Made by a program: the position numbers and the translations under genes. The notes below the pieces were generated by a model, which was not told the DNA's origin, made no database searches, and saw only the letters and a list, made by a program, of their open reading frames with translations. Below are positions 11,900-25,284 of a DNA stretch of 64,000 nt, piece by piece. Within the stretch, counting starts at the first letter, position 1. The number at the start of each line of letters is the position of its first letter. The stretch is from Haplodiscus bocki (taxonomy: Eukaryota): NCBI GenBank assembly GCA_965655095.1, contig OZ296656.1, positions 83,638,001 through 83,702,000 of the forward strand, in the 5' to 3' direction.

Positions 11900-12950
11900 G
11901 CCTCTTGCACGCTTTATTGCCAATTTAGCATGCGCTCAATCAGCAATTTTGAGTTGGAGACGATGGAGAAAGGAAATTATCCTTACCAATCATGTTTTTG
12001 GTGCTTTGATCATTTCTGAAATATAAAAGCCACGGACCAAATACACTGCACAATGTATTTTGCGGATACATTTAGAATGTTATTAAGTGCTCAATGAGCA
12101 ATTTCGAAGAATAGTCTATGAGGAAAAACAATTGGCATGACGACCGTATCCAAAATCCAAACATCATCGGGTCTTTTTGATCAGTTTCATCTTTAAATTT
12201 AGGATGGAAAGATATGTCTGCTCGACTACACTTTTTAGGCGTTAAATAATTATTTAGTGAAGCTTTCAATCAGCATTTTTCATTGGGCAGTCAGGGAGGA
12301 AACCACTTTTGCGTGTCGAATTTAGTCAACAATCATTGTGTAAATTTGGTTTTGTTGATCACTTTCTCCTTCAAAAGAAAACAGAAGACCCAAATTTTAT
12401 CCACAACTTTCTTGGAAGATTTAAGTAGTTTTTAATTGCACAATCAGTGAACAGACTGAATTGATTTCGCGCTGATGTAATTCATTTTCAGCATGGGTCA
12501 AGGTGAATCATCATAAGACTTTTCATGTTGTTTGGGTCTGTTTGTCTTCTTAAATGGCAACAGAAGGTCAAATTTGACCTTGAACTTGTTTACTAATTTT
12601 ATTTATGATTTGATTCAGGGCTGATTCAGCAAATCTGATTAAACACTCAATTTGAAAAAAATGAAGTTGGATCATAGTAAAGCATTATTAGATTGCTTTT
12701 GTTTTTTGATTTTTTAATGTTTTTGCAAAAATGAAAGAAGAAGGACGGGAAACTTTTCAAGGGATTTTTGTAGAAAAAAATAGCTTTGAATTAAACGCTT
12801 AATCAACAAATTGAAACTGATAGTGTTTGAGAGTCACAATTTTGAACACCGACGAGAGTCTATCATCAAAAGCTTTGATAAATTAATGTTTTCAAAATTG
12901 AAAACGAAAGCCTCAAATTTGATCCAGAGGGTCTATACTAGAATCTTTCA
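11900..12950 (+). pseudogene. Possible hAT-like transposase C-terminal relic
   Basis: FIFSMGQGESS*DFS at about 12480-12530 resembles LSHGQASVERGFS. It is followed by NMATEG...IYDLI and a Lys/Glu-rich tail. Confidence 0.35.
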
Positions 12951-13561
12951 GATGTTGATTCAGCGCCCAGTAAACAAAATTAAATGGGCGAATATTGAGA
13001 AAAGAAAAACGGTGGTTGATAACGAATAACTTTTTCCTCGAAAAAGTAAGCGAAAAGCAAGCGCGTCGATGTTTGCTTCAACATTGTAGGAAAAACATCA
13101 AAAAAATCGCAAATAAATCAACAACTGAGGAAAAAGTGTGAAGTGGGTTATTCAAGTGGAGATAGTAGTGGAAAGTCTCAAAAATCACTCTATTCCAAGC
13201 TAGAAAACTTTCATTAAACTCAGGTTAAATCTCCTTTTTTTGAATTTTGCTACTGTTGCCTTCCTACACTTCAACAAAGGTCGTCTCAGGCGTGTGTTCG
13301 AAAGGAAGGTTTTTTCTATATAGATATGGCAAATCAGGAGAAGAAATCTGGTATTGATTAAGAGCTAAATTAGGACTTGAAACATTATCAACGTTTGATT
13401 TACAATTATTAATAAAATCAGAGAGACAAAATATTAGGAAAACTAAGAGTATAGAAATGTCTAAATAAGCAAAATCAGTTAAGGTATAAATCATAATAGT
13501 AAATTATAAAAACGAGAAAAAGATATGAATATTATGAACACAAAGGCATCTAAATAAATAT

Positions 13562-14690
13562 TGTCACCAGGGAAATAAATCATGAGCTAATCTTAAGGTT
13601 TTTTGCGGGCCCTAGCCTCTTGTTTAGACTGGATTGTCAACCAAGGACAGGTATGGTCAAAAACTCCTTCTAGTGAGCAACTTGCTACACTTATTTAATT
13701 ATGCCTGCGAAATTGCTAAGGCTGTACGTTTCAAGCAAAGACTCAAAACTTGAGGTAGAACCGTCAGATCCGCAAAATCACTGAAACAGGTTGGATCCTT
13801 TTTTTAGACCCGCAAGATTGCTAAATTTCTTCAGTCCGCTCTTGGCTAGGACTATCTCAATAGCGAAAAAATTTCAGTTCCTTCAATTGGGAAGAACGGC
13901 AAATTGCCAAAATAAAGTCTGAACAAAAGTAAAGTTTCAAGAAAAAGTCTGAGTTAAACCTAGTTTCTTTACTGTTTTTATAATTTAAGGGTTAAACTTG
14001 GTAGCTGAATTACTTTGTTTTACAACCGGAAAGAAAGTTAAAGTTAGATTATGAGGAAGATATCACGAAAAAGAAAAGTTAGAAAGGAGAACAAAAGTGA
14101 ATGCATTATTCGACTAACAATTACTGCTCAGAAGCACTACACTGGGTTCGATCCGTTTCTGCTAGAAAATGGCTGAAGTGAACTCACGTATCTTCTGACA
14201 TCTGATCTGATCTGGCTGGCTGGGCAAATTTCGTCCTCTATATATACTAAATTTCGTTCACTCGGGTGCCAATCAGGATAATAATAGCACTGGTTTGGCT
14301 CCGAGTATGATGTCAGGTCACGTGATCAATCACGTGACTTAGGAGTTGTCAGTATTCATAATGTTGATATATACGTGACGTCCGATGACGTTATTGTTTC
14401 GGGAGATGATGCCATTGTTTTTGGTAAGTGACGTTATTGTCGATATAAGGCAAGTGAGGAGAATAATGGCTGCTGTGGTTTTCAAGTGGTTGTAAACAAT
14501 TGTTGAACATGTTTAAGCTTGCGCATCTCGAGCAAAATGGCAAAGACAAGAGAACAAATTAATTTAGTTTCAGGTTTTATTTTTCTAAGTTTTGTCTTTT
14601 TCTGTTTTCTTTGCTGTATGTCGCACACGACAAAAGACATCACAGAAGAAACAGAAAACTACTTCGCGTGATACAGTTAAAGACGTTACA
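13562..14690 (-). mobile_element. Solo LTR (1129 bp)
   Basis: TGTCAC...GTTACA termini and a 5-bp TSD AATAT/AATCT (1 mismatch). TATA-like TATATATAG on the minus strand at about 14240. Confidence 0.75.
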
Positions 14691-15399
14691 AATCTTTCAG
14701 CCTCGCCCTCCAGTGGCCTATAAAATCAAAAATAAGGTCGGCCTTCAGAATATAGCCTAGCTGGTACACGTAACACAATGAGCAAGGAACACTTTCTAAA
14801 ATGGAGGATCAGAAGGGTGAATTTACGTCAAACCTACATTTGCAGGTCGCGAAAAGTCGGGCACTTTCTTGTTATAATAACCTGATCACCATCCGTTTCT
14901 ATATTACCAAGTTTTTAGGTCAAACTTTTCATAAACTATGCATCGGCATCAATTCTTGCCATCAGCTAATTTCCTTACTCAAATTGCGGAAGACTAATTT
15001 TCTTTGTTAATGAAGTGCAAATTTCCGTTTCTAGTTTCCTCCCATTTTGTGTACCCAAATTTCGTTCTTTATCGCGAACATTTTCATCTGAAAGGTTCGA
15101 TGAAGACAACGAAAATCAACCTCGTTCTGAAGAGTTTCTACAAAAGTTAATTTAAAAGTTGTTTAAAGCATTGAATTTCACTCTGGAATTTTTCTTCCTT
15201 CTCATACAGTTCATTTGAATGCTGCAATAGCCCATCTTGCAGAATTTCAAAGGAGAGCGTTTTGTTTTAGAGACCATCAAGTGGAAAGATAAAACCAAAA
15301 AAGACGTGAACCTGTTGAATCAGACAAACAACTCCTTGTTAGTCAGTGTAGTGCTTCTCCACAAAAAATTGCCTTCAAATCATACAAGTCTCGACTACA

Positions 15400-17050
15400 T
15401 GTATTTTTTACATCGGAAATTTTTTGTTGAAAAAAACTTGTGACTGCAGAAGCAGAGATAGCAGGTAATAAAAGCCATTAGTTAATGTTTCGTTTACGTA
15501 TTTGTTAATAGATTTGCCTATGAGATAGCTACCAAACTAACGCGGTCTTTTATTTAATTGATAGAAAATAACAAGAAATTACTACAGATACAGAACCTCC
15601 TGAAACAATGGCGACCTCTGCTGGGGCCAGTGCCGATCATAAATAAGCCTTCTTTTGTGTTTCATAACTTTGTTTTGGATTTTTGTCAATACTTGATTTC
15701 GATTCCGCAACGACCTACCATTCCTTCCGTGAAAGAAAAACTCTGGCCTTACTATTGCAATTTTCCCTTGCAACTCCTCTTCACAAACCTGCTGCCAATT
15801 GTAGCCTCAAAAATTACGGGTCCTTTAGCATATTACTTGAAGTGCCACTCCTCTTGGAGAAAGTTTTGCTCAATGTCCTTGCCCAATATGTGAGGAGAAG
15901 GTCATGCGGGAGTTATTGAACTCCAAAAGCTTCTTGAAAAGCAAACGAGTTTTTTTGAAAAATAGTGTAAGGAATTCTTTTGTCTCTCTAGCAACAGAAA
16001 AAAATTACAACACAAATTTTTTCTTCTCCCAATCTGACCTGACAAAGCGCCGAGGAGATTGCTTGCACTGGTTCTTCCGCATAAATCAGGGTTTTTTCAG
16101 TTGCTCCTCGTGGGTTTCGGGAAGGATGGATGTGGAAAGTCTCTTCAAGTTTCACATTTCGTTTTGGTTTCACACATCAAGGTTCACATTTGATAACCTG
16201 TAACGACAAAATTGGCTTCGACGGAAATTTGGTTCCCAGCTGTTTACCGACTGACTTTTAGAAAAATGCAAAAATACCTTTTCTTGATAACGGAAACTTG
16301 GAAAGAAGTGCAGGAGGCAACTTTTTTTGTGACAACTCCGCATACTTCAGATGAAATTCTTTGATTGAAAACGTTTTCTGTCGACGTTACCCCTAAGATT
16401 GTTGAAATTTTCTCTAGATAATTTTTTATAGCGGAACTGTCGAAGTGTTTCGATATCAACCACTCGTGATCAGTTTTCATGAAGTCTTCCCGTAAATTTT
16501 GCCGCCCACGGGCCGTTCACATTGTTTTCATAAACAAGGAAACTAAATCTTTCACTTTTGTTGCTGCTACTAGGTCGCTTAGATTGTGCCCTTACTGGAT
16601 TTGTTTGTTGTTTGGCTCCATATCTTTAGACAGCTATATAGATGAGCACCTCCATTTCGACGGCGAGCTTAGTTCTGATAATATACCAGTGAGGAGACAA
16701 CACCAGCACCAACGCCGTCCAGCTGAAAGAGCACAAACTTGGTTCCAGTCGTATTTCTGGCTTGGATTGTTAATTTGAAGGTCCGTCGATTGATGTTGTT
16801 CACTGCAGTTTTTCCTGTCTAAAACTTTATGCAATAAAATGGCACAACGTTAGCATAATTTTATCCTGTTTGGCGCCCGTAGCTATAGCCTCATAGGCAG
16901 TGGCCAACTTTTCATCTACTTTTCTTTTTTGGGCAGTGATCCACAAAAATCGGTAGCTGAGCTCAAAGAAAAATTTGTGCTTCAAAGTGTTTCAGTTGTT
17001 TCGTTGTTGCTAATGTGACCAATCCTGCAGCTTTGTTAAGTCTTTCTTGC
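15400..17050 (-). mobile_element. Decayed Ty3/gypsy pol relic (RNase H to integrase zinc-binding region)
   Basis: MKTDHEWL (RNase H TDH motif), QGKIAIV...HK...HWPQQ (integrase H2C2 WWP region), DRVS (cf. DRFS). Confidence 0.4.
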
Positions 17051-17554
17051 TAAACTAGAGTATTGACACTGCCTGTTTTTTTTGCTCAGGGGAGAACTAA
17101 TCGAAGCATTGATAAAGGAAACTACCACTGCAGCCTGCTACAGCCAGGCACAATTTTTTTAAAATATTCTTTATTTGGAAGTTGCAACATAATGGTTATG
17201 GTGTAGGTTTTCTATGCGTTTGTTCCCGCAAGCTTTTTTTCAGGGCAGCCGAACAGCCGCTTTTAGTCAGTTTTTCAAAGTAAAGAGATTCATGTTTTCG
17301 GTCCATTCAGATGTCACGTATTTTGGAACTACTTTGGAATTGAAGAGAACAAATGTTTTGCAAAGCAAAGCTTCAACCTTTATGTCCTTCCTGTCATTGT
17401 TTGGTACTGTAACGTCTCCAATGAGCGTCCGATTTTCTCCTAAAAGTGTTCAAGGTTTCCCCAGATGTGACATATTGATGGTGTGACACAAGGACATAGT
17501 ACTGTGAAGAGGCGTCGTAACGAACAATTTAATTTCATTTTTGAAAAAGAACAG

Positions 17555-18338
17555 CCCGGGTTGACCTGACATGCAAATCATAATATGCACCATAAACTGC
17601 CCTACAAAACAACAGCTTATGGTAATGGCATTAGTTTCCTGTTTTCTTTCTATGGTCATAGTATGGAACGTTTGTCAGCCATAAACTTGTATGGCCAGTT
17701 AATGACTTTAATGTTATTTTGTATGGTCTTCATATTTTTCTTAAATTTTTTTTTCGACAAACAACTTCAATTTCTTATTTACATGCTTCTGGGTAATTCA
17801 AGGTCTTGCCAACTTCAAGACCCAATGGCAATTCCCGTCAGCAATTTTCAGTTAAATTTTCCGCGTTTATGCTAACAAAGAGTGACTTATACCTTATACC
17901 TTTGTCGTAGTTTGCCCAACACTACATCACTGTAGACAAGACTTTTCGGGAACGGGAATTCACAAAATCTAATTTTTAATTTTCGGCAACCAAAAAATGA
18001 GCGTAGATGGCATTTATTATGTTCCCCGGTCATATTATTGACAGAAGTTTTGACCTTCAGACTTTAATGTAATGTTTTCCTTGAGTATTTTGAGTCAAAT
18101 TTTTGTTCACTAGAATACGTTATCATAATCTGATAAAATTTGCGCATGCTTTTCCATACTATGACCATACTATGGTACAGTATATGATTTGCATGGAATC
18201 ATAATATAGTATGGTCTTTTTATGACTTGCATGTTACCATAAACTTCTATGGTACCTTCTATGACTTTATTGTCTTCATAGATCACCATATATGACTTTC
18301 TATGATTTCCCTGTTTTTTGTATGTTGGTAAACCCAGG
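17555..18338. mobile_element. Non-autonomous EnSpm/CACTA-like TIR element
   Basis: Termini cccgggttgacctgacatgcaaa and (reverse complement) cctgggtttaccaacatacaaa. 2-bp TSD AG/AG. Subterminal accata/tatggt motif arrays at both ends. Confidence 0.7.
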
Positions 18339-18889
18339 AGTGCTCAACAATCTATTATGTGAAAAATATTAACTGAGTTCCAATGTATTAAACATTGTCA
18401 ATTCTCAGCTGGATAATGTCCAGACTCTCCGAAAACACGGTACTACGTGGAATTGAAACATTTACTCATTCCCTTCTTGGCTGAGAATCCCAAATTCTTC
18501 ACTTTCCACCCAATTGTGTTTTTATAGAGTCATTTGACCAAAAAAACCCAAAACTATCATCTTGACACGGGTATTTTGCTGACGCTTACATATCAGCTGA
18601 GAACAGATTAGGAAGTTCATAGAAGAAGATTAAGATGAACGAGATGTTATAATAGCATTCGTGCAAAAATCTGAAAACCACCGTAAAGATAACACCGGCT
18701 TAGAAGCGTCCCATATCGGACTATAAACAGCTTACAGTCACCATTCATCAATAACTGTGAGAGAAGCATTAGAACATAACATTACAGAACACGTGCTTGT
18801 CAACAGTCTGAACTGGTTTTGTCCGCAATTAACCGAAGCGAGTAAACAACTATGTCAACGAGTAAAAACAACTATGAATAAGATTTAGT

Positions 18890-19090
18890 GACTACGTAAA
18901 CAGCGCGCCAAAAAAATAGTTACCCCAACCAGATTTACCCCCAAAAACTAGCTTAAACTCCAACATAAACCACCAAAAAAATTAAAAATGAAAGCCCCGA
19001 AAAATCCCTAACTTGAAAAACACCAAAAAACGCCCTAAAAATCCCCAACCCAACCGTACCTATTAGGGCACCCCTAACCGTACTTTCAAC
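18890..19090 (+). repeat. C/A-rich low-complexity tract (ccctaac/cccaacc/ccaaaaa), possible Polinton terminal region
   Basis: G-poor run of ccctaa/cccaacc variants about 1 kb upstream of the pPolB pseudogene. Confidence 0.4.
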
Positions 19091-19949
19091 CTTCTCTAAT
19101 TTTTTTGAAGAACTAAAAATAAAACATCACTGGCCAACTCTATTGAGCATTCTTGATGCAGAACTCAATTATTGAGGTTTAGTACAGATTCTCCGGTACA
19201 TCATATTTTCCCCTCCCGATGGGATATCGCTTCTTCGGAGCGAACCGGCGAGCCGGTACACCACTGAATCTGAGCTAATGCACCATGACTATCTGCTAGT
19301 GAGACAGAGGATAGTTTGACTAAACCTTTTAGGTAATATTAACCAGTCAAAAAACCATAAATTGCAATTGACTACAATCAAACAAGCCATTAATCACCAA
19401 AACAACTCTCTACTTTTTTTCAAAAATTTTGATTGAAATATGAGTATTTAACATTTTGAAAGTGTTCAATAAAGAAGTAAAAGATAATTGATTGAAAGTT
19501 TAGACTTTTTTACTTTTTAGATGTGAAAAAAAATTAAATGCAAAACTTGCAATATAAAAATGAAACTTACAAAGGTAATCTGAAACACATGACATTAAAC
19601 TTAATTTTGCATGTATTTTTTAAATGGGAGGAAAAAAATTTCAATTTTTTTGAATTAAAACCAATAATTTTTTTCTCACATTATGTAAATTTTCAGTGGA
19701 CACCGCAGCCATTTTTTTTACGGCACTCCCAGCCATAGTTTAAGCTTACACACACCTGTATAACACTAACTTTACAAACACTTGTTTTTTATTTAGTTTA
19801 AAGATACCTATAACTTTACATTCATAGACACTAACTGTACAGTATTAAATTTACACCGTTCCTGAAAGGAAAATCCCTGAAGGGGACGTGGGTCTCCGAA
19901 CAACCGTGGACCTTGGATCTACTATAAAATTCTAGTTGAAAAATCATTC

Positions 19950-22030
19950 CAATTAAAAACTTCCTACAAAAATGTAGTAAATAATTTTTACAACTTGTGG
20001 TTTGAAATATGAACGGTATGATCAATTCGACCATTGATGAACAAATAGGCTACTTGCAACAGGTAATGACACGATTGCTACCAATGTAAAAAAAAAACAA
20101 AAAATAGATACAAAGAAACCCATTCAGAATCTATAGAACTAAAAAGTTGGAAAAAAGCATGGTTTTGTGAAGCATCAGAAAAGGATATGACTATCAAATC
20201 TGAATCTTCTCACGTAAATTCTGATGAAAGTGGAAACAAAAGGTTTAATTTGAGAATAAAATAAAACCTTACCGATAACAAACATAACTTTGATGATCCA
20301 TATAAATACCAAATATATAATAATATTGCGGAAACTTTTGATAATTTTGTACAAAAAATCCTTAGATTCAATTGAAAATGTGAATTTGAAATCGAATTGT
20401 TTGATGAGAGAAAGAAAAAGCTTATTGTACAGCAAAAAAAAACATATAGAAAAACTAAACGATAAAATAAATGAACAAAATGTTTTGGACGCAAAAATAC
20501 AAAAAGTTGAGCAAAAAAAATGGTTTCACGTTGATAATGTAAAAAAATGAAAATTCAAAGTTTCAACAGTCTTGACATACAGGCTTTTAGCTACTGCATG
20601 CTAACTAAATCATATTGTAACTCAAAATCTTTTGTGAACATCCAAAATTCAGATGATAATATTGTTACCTTTGGTGTATATTAGCCTATTTACATGAAGT
20701 AGACACCCCTTTGAAACATAAATCACATTCTATAGAACAGTTTGCCAAAAGTAATGGAGGAAAGTTACAAATCCCAATGAAAGTAAAAGGAATACAAAAA
20801 AATGATAAACTAGAAAACCTAAAAACAAATGTTTTCGAATTAACATCACTTTATGGCCTTTTAGCAATATACATGATCAAGACTTTCTAGGAAAAACAAA
20901 TTGAGCTACTAGCTCAAAAAAATCTTTATTCTTTTATAAAAAACCTATCCATTTTTTGTACGACAATTAAAATAGCAACATGTCTACGTAAAAGACGTTT
21001 GAATTCACATGGAACCCAAACACAACTTGAGGAACATATGGCAAGATGTACTGAACGCGAAATTTGTAACATATCATATAAGGAAACAAATATAAAGATA
21101 AAACTTCCTGATTGGTATATGAAAAAACGCTTCCCATTATGGATAGATGCTGGTTTTGAATGAAAGAACGTAACAATAGAGGACCATAATCAAAAAGCAT
21201 TCTTTGCAAACAAACCAATAGCAGTTGGTTATAACATATTAAAAAAAATCTTTATTATCAAAAATTGTTTTTCAAAGAAAAATTGTTTTGGGAAACCTTT
21301 TAAAGAAGATTGTGTTGGATGGTTTCCAAAAGAAATGCCAGAAATAGAGCCCTACATGAAGCAATTTTTTGAAAGAAATATATCTCTTTTAACTGACACC
21401 TTCTTTTCAAGGGATAATAGTTTTTGTCGATGATGTGCAAAAAGTTCAAAGAAGGAGAAGAAGTTGTCAGAGATCATTGTTTTTTAACAGGTAGAAGTAG
21501 AGGTTTTTACCAGGATACATATAAGTTGAACACACTAAAAAGTAATTCTTCAGTTTTACCAAAAAATTTTAAAACTTTTCTGGATTTGATTGTCATCTAC
21601 TTTTTGAAAAACTATTTGCTATGATAGCTGATAAAAAAAGTTTAGAAAAGAAGAAGTTATTCGAGCAAGAACGTCCAAAAACCACACATCTCTAACGATA
21701 GGATGTTTAAAAGTCTTAGATTCTTTTACACTTTTATATGAAAGTTTGGAGAAACTATCATCGAAAACAAAATATTTTCTATCTTTAGACCAAATCGCAT
21801 TGAGAGACGACATACATAAGGAGCAAATGGCTTAACCTTTCGCAAAAAGAATTCACCTCTTGAAAAATTTTATGAACCCCTAAAACTGGAAAGTAAATAG
21901 ATTTTCCAACGCTAAGCAATTTACCAAAGGTATAAAAAATTATCAAGGACAAAGACTATAAGTGAAAAAGAGAATATAACCGACAGAAAAGAGTAAACAA
22001 TTTTTTTTATCTCAAAAAGACTTCGCCTTG
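19950..22030 (+). pseudogene. Polinton protein-primed DNA polymerase B, N-terminal, endonuclease-VII-like and exonuclease regions
   Basis: KEDCVGWFPKEM, VVRDHCFLTGRSRG (cf. VRDHCHLTGKFRG), FSGFDCHLLFEKL (cf. HN-xx-GYD-xH), IGCLKVLDSFTLLYESLEKLS (cf. LKFLDSYRF-xxxSL-xxL). Many stops; truncated before the polymerase core. Confidence 0.85.
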
Positions 22031-24210
22031 AATTGAAGGTCACGAACCTTGAAAAGGAACAATCATGATCTACAGACATCCTCTACAGTTAGAAATTTTG
22101 TTTCATGGCACACCGAATACCCTTGAATAAATTTCTGTGCCGTGCGGTTACTAATAATAAAAAGTACAATAAACTTTGCTGATATAAAATTAACAGAAAA
22201 GTATACTGAATGAATGAAGTTCTCCTGGAGCTCTTTCTGCAACATCGGAAACAGAACCCAATGTTCCCTGATGATTTTTCTGTTCACCTTGCAGCAAAGA
22301 TATTCAAAAGTTTGAATTAAAATCACCATATGGTGACAAGCATCGTCTTCTTGTTACCCAAGAAAGTCAAATTTTATTGAAACTTTGAAAACATGGCATA
22401 AGGTAACATATCTCCTGCCGTAATTATTCCTCTTTTCAATGGAACAAAAAACGAAAACTTTGAAGCATTCGAAAGACAACCGATGAGTTCAACTGGCGTC
22501 CCCGGCATCCAGGACTCTGACCAACACCTCTACTCTCACTTGCACCTCAATGGCGGCGTTTTTGTTTATTATGACCAATTGCCACCAGCCACCCAAGAAG
22601 ATCACGATGCTGCGCCATCACACGTTTAAAACAACGTTACGTGAATCCATAACGAGCAGAGCTACAACGTATCGTTTTCAATTAACTGAATTTTAAAGCA
22701 TCGTTTGAAACAGCGCACGATCTTCTAACACGTCTTCAGCGCATTGCAGGACAATAAAATCCGGACGTTCAAGCACAAGCAGTCGCTAAAGGCCGACCGG
22801 CGATTGCAACCAAAAGTCGTCAATTGGAAAGAAATAGACGCGTACGAGAGGCTTTCATCAGTGGTTTGCCTATTAAGATGCAGCGTTTTCTCCGAAACCA
22901 GCCCGACTCAATGCCAGTAGATGAACTCTGCGAAAAAGTGGTGAGACAACACGTCCTTCAACAATTCTATCATGAAGAAGAACACGAAACAGCATTTCAA
23001 GAAATTTCAACTTCTCAATTCGACAACTTAGTGAGCAGCCTCAACAATCTGCCTACGCGCCGGGAAGTTCTTGAAAAACAAAAGGAAGCAGTTTCGGAGC
23101 GATTAGACATATCGACGACCACTAATGCCGCAAACAATTCATCTCGTGGCCAGTGGCAAAATCGCGAAAACTTCCAAAAGACTTACAATCAACGCCACTA
23201 AAATTGGCCTTCAAATCCAACATCAAGCAACTGGTGCAACCCCTACAAGTGCAGTTTCCAATCGCAACAGCACGAGCAATCACAGTGGCCCTCGGGTAAT
23301 TACCATCCATCATGGTATCTGCAAGATGAAAAAACTGCTGTATCACCTCCCATTCATTGCCGAACCTGTAACACATTTGATCACACGTCTAGTCACTATG
23401 ATCAACGAGCCGCGGCACAATATGGGATGGAACTGCCGTACCAACGCCAGAAAATTTCAAAAAGTTAGGTGAGCCACGTCAACTTCAGCCTTCTGTCAAA
23501 TTTTAGTCCATTTGTGCTCCTCCTTTTTTTTCTCTGTCCCTCTTAATTTACCATCAAATTGACTGCCTGTTTTGTTTGATACGGGCGCTTTTTCTAGCAC
23601 TGTTACACTTGCTCATTTATATTGAGTTAGAAATAAAAATCTTTCCGCTATATGTGAAGATTCCCAAAAATTTAGTCCAATGAAAGTTGCAAGTGAACAA
23701 CAAACATCTACACTCACTTTCGAATCAGGAGGGCAAACCTTTTCTGAAAAATTTCTGTTTTTCAAAACTATAAATAAACCTTTTTTTGATTTGTTTTTTT
23801 TCCGCAAAGAGTGAACTGAACGTCCACCCACCAAACAGAACATTATCTTTCCTAAATTTGACTTTGAAATTGCAAAAAAGAAATTCCTCCACTTCAAGTA
23901 GCTGTGAAGCGATTGTTTACTTGTATATCGCATTTTGTCAGAACGTGACACAAAATGGTCGAACAGCCAAATCCCCGGGAAGTTTCTCAAAGTACCTTAA
24001 CGCATCCTAATTTACCAGACCATACATGCCCGGTTGTTGAAATTCCGTCGAATTTTGAGAATCAAAATGGGCTGCTCTTAACTAGCTCGCTGGCAAAATT
24101 TGACGACGCAAGGAGTACTCCGATGGGTTTTCTTAATGAAACATCCACTATAATTACAGCCACCAAAGACACTAAGGATGCCAAAATAAGCATTCGACCA
24201 TACTCTTTAA
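22030..24210 (+). mobile_element. 5' part of a decayed Ty3/gypsy element (LTR, PBS, gag, protease)
   Basis: LTR-like end ...atcacca (22328), then TA and PBS-like TGGTGACAAGC. gag starts at about 22394 (IIPLFNGTKNENFEAFERQ; ORF 22824-23201). Protease LFDTGAFSS at about 23575. Confidence 0.75.
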
Positions 24211-25225
24211 AAATGGACTGATCGATTTCTTTTAAAATGTTTTATTCGTAGATGTCCTTTTATGTCCCGGGAGTTTATCTCGGGCAAACCTAAGTAGTAA
24301 TGGTTCGAATTTTCTGTTTACTATTTAGTCATCAATACCATTACAATTTCTTTGGAATTTATCGCTAAGTCAGTTTCACAGTCTTTTAATCGGTATATTC
24401 TTTGTTTTGCATATAATGCCAAAAATGAAGAATTCTAGTAAGGAATAAACAAGAGTTACAATCGAACACAGATAGTGGCGCACAATGCACATGAATTTTC
24501 GTTTGCAATCGATTATCATCAATAGCAGAATCAATCTTCACATTTGCGGGGACAATGAAGTGTAATGTACTTTTAATATTTCAAACCTCATACACTCCAG
24601 GAGGTTTGCCATCTCATAGCTGTCAGAAGAAGAATCATAAAACTTCGAAACAGACGTATTATCTTCTTCTGGATCCTTCTCCATTCTAAGAAAGTTTCCG
24701 AAATCTTGAAGTTTTTATTGTAATTACTAATCTGGGGACTTTTACTAAACATGGGATCTATGGAGCTCATTAATCTAACCCCCTTTCGAACAATTTTTCA
24801 AATTCAATTGATAGTGTGAATATTCTCTCACTCATCCATACTTGAGATTTTTGGAAGCTTAAATAATTGGAGTTCCTATCGTTTTGTCAATTACGTCCTC
24901 CCAGATATTAAATTTATCTTTTAAGTTAACAGAAAAAGTTTTCCCTTCCTCCTTTTGGACTAAACTGGGATCCTTTACAGTTAGTCTGATTTTAATAATA
25001 ACGTTTATTCTAAATACAGAATCGTATACTTCTAATCCTGTCAACTCTGGCATTCACAAAAGATCTTTTACGTGTAAACGTATTTTGAACGAGAGAGTTT
25101 CTTTCTGCATTGACAGTTTAGGCTCAAATGTTCATTCTCGTTTTGTCTTAGTTGTCTGAGAAATTAATTTTTTTTAAATAAAAAGAACAAGTCTTCTATT
25201 TTGCTATAATTTAATTATCTAGACT
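24210..25225 (-). pseudogene. Polinton minor-capsid-like gene, copy A (3' end cut at the gypsy junction)
   Basis: LTGLEVYDSVFRI, ...PGVY..., RFARDKLPGHK. Nucleotide paralog of copy B at an offset of about 1169 bp. Confidence 0.65.
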
Positions 25226-25284
25226 TTTATTCTCTTCTAAACAATGATTTTTTTTACGTGTTTTGCATTGTAATTGTTTCCAAA

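Noticed and set aside
18900-19090. Telomeric (CCCTAA)n array
   Set aside because: Only scattered ccctaa/cccaac units in a C/A-rich tract, not a tandem telomere repeat.
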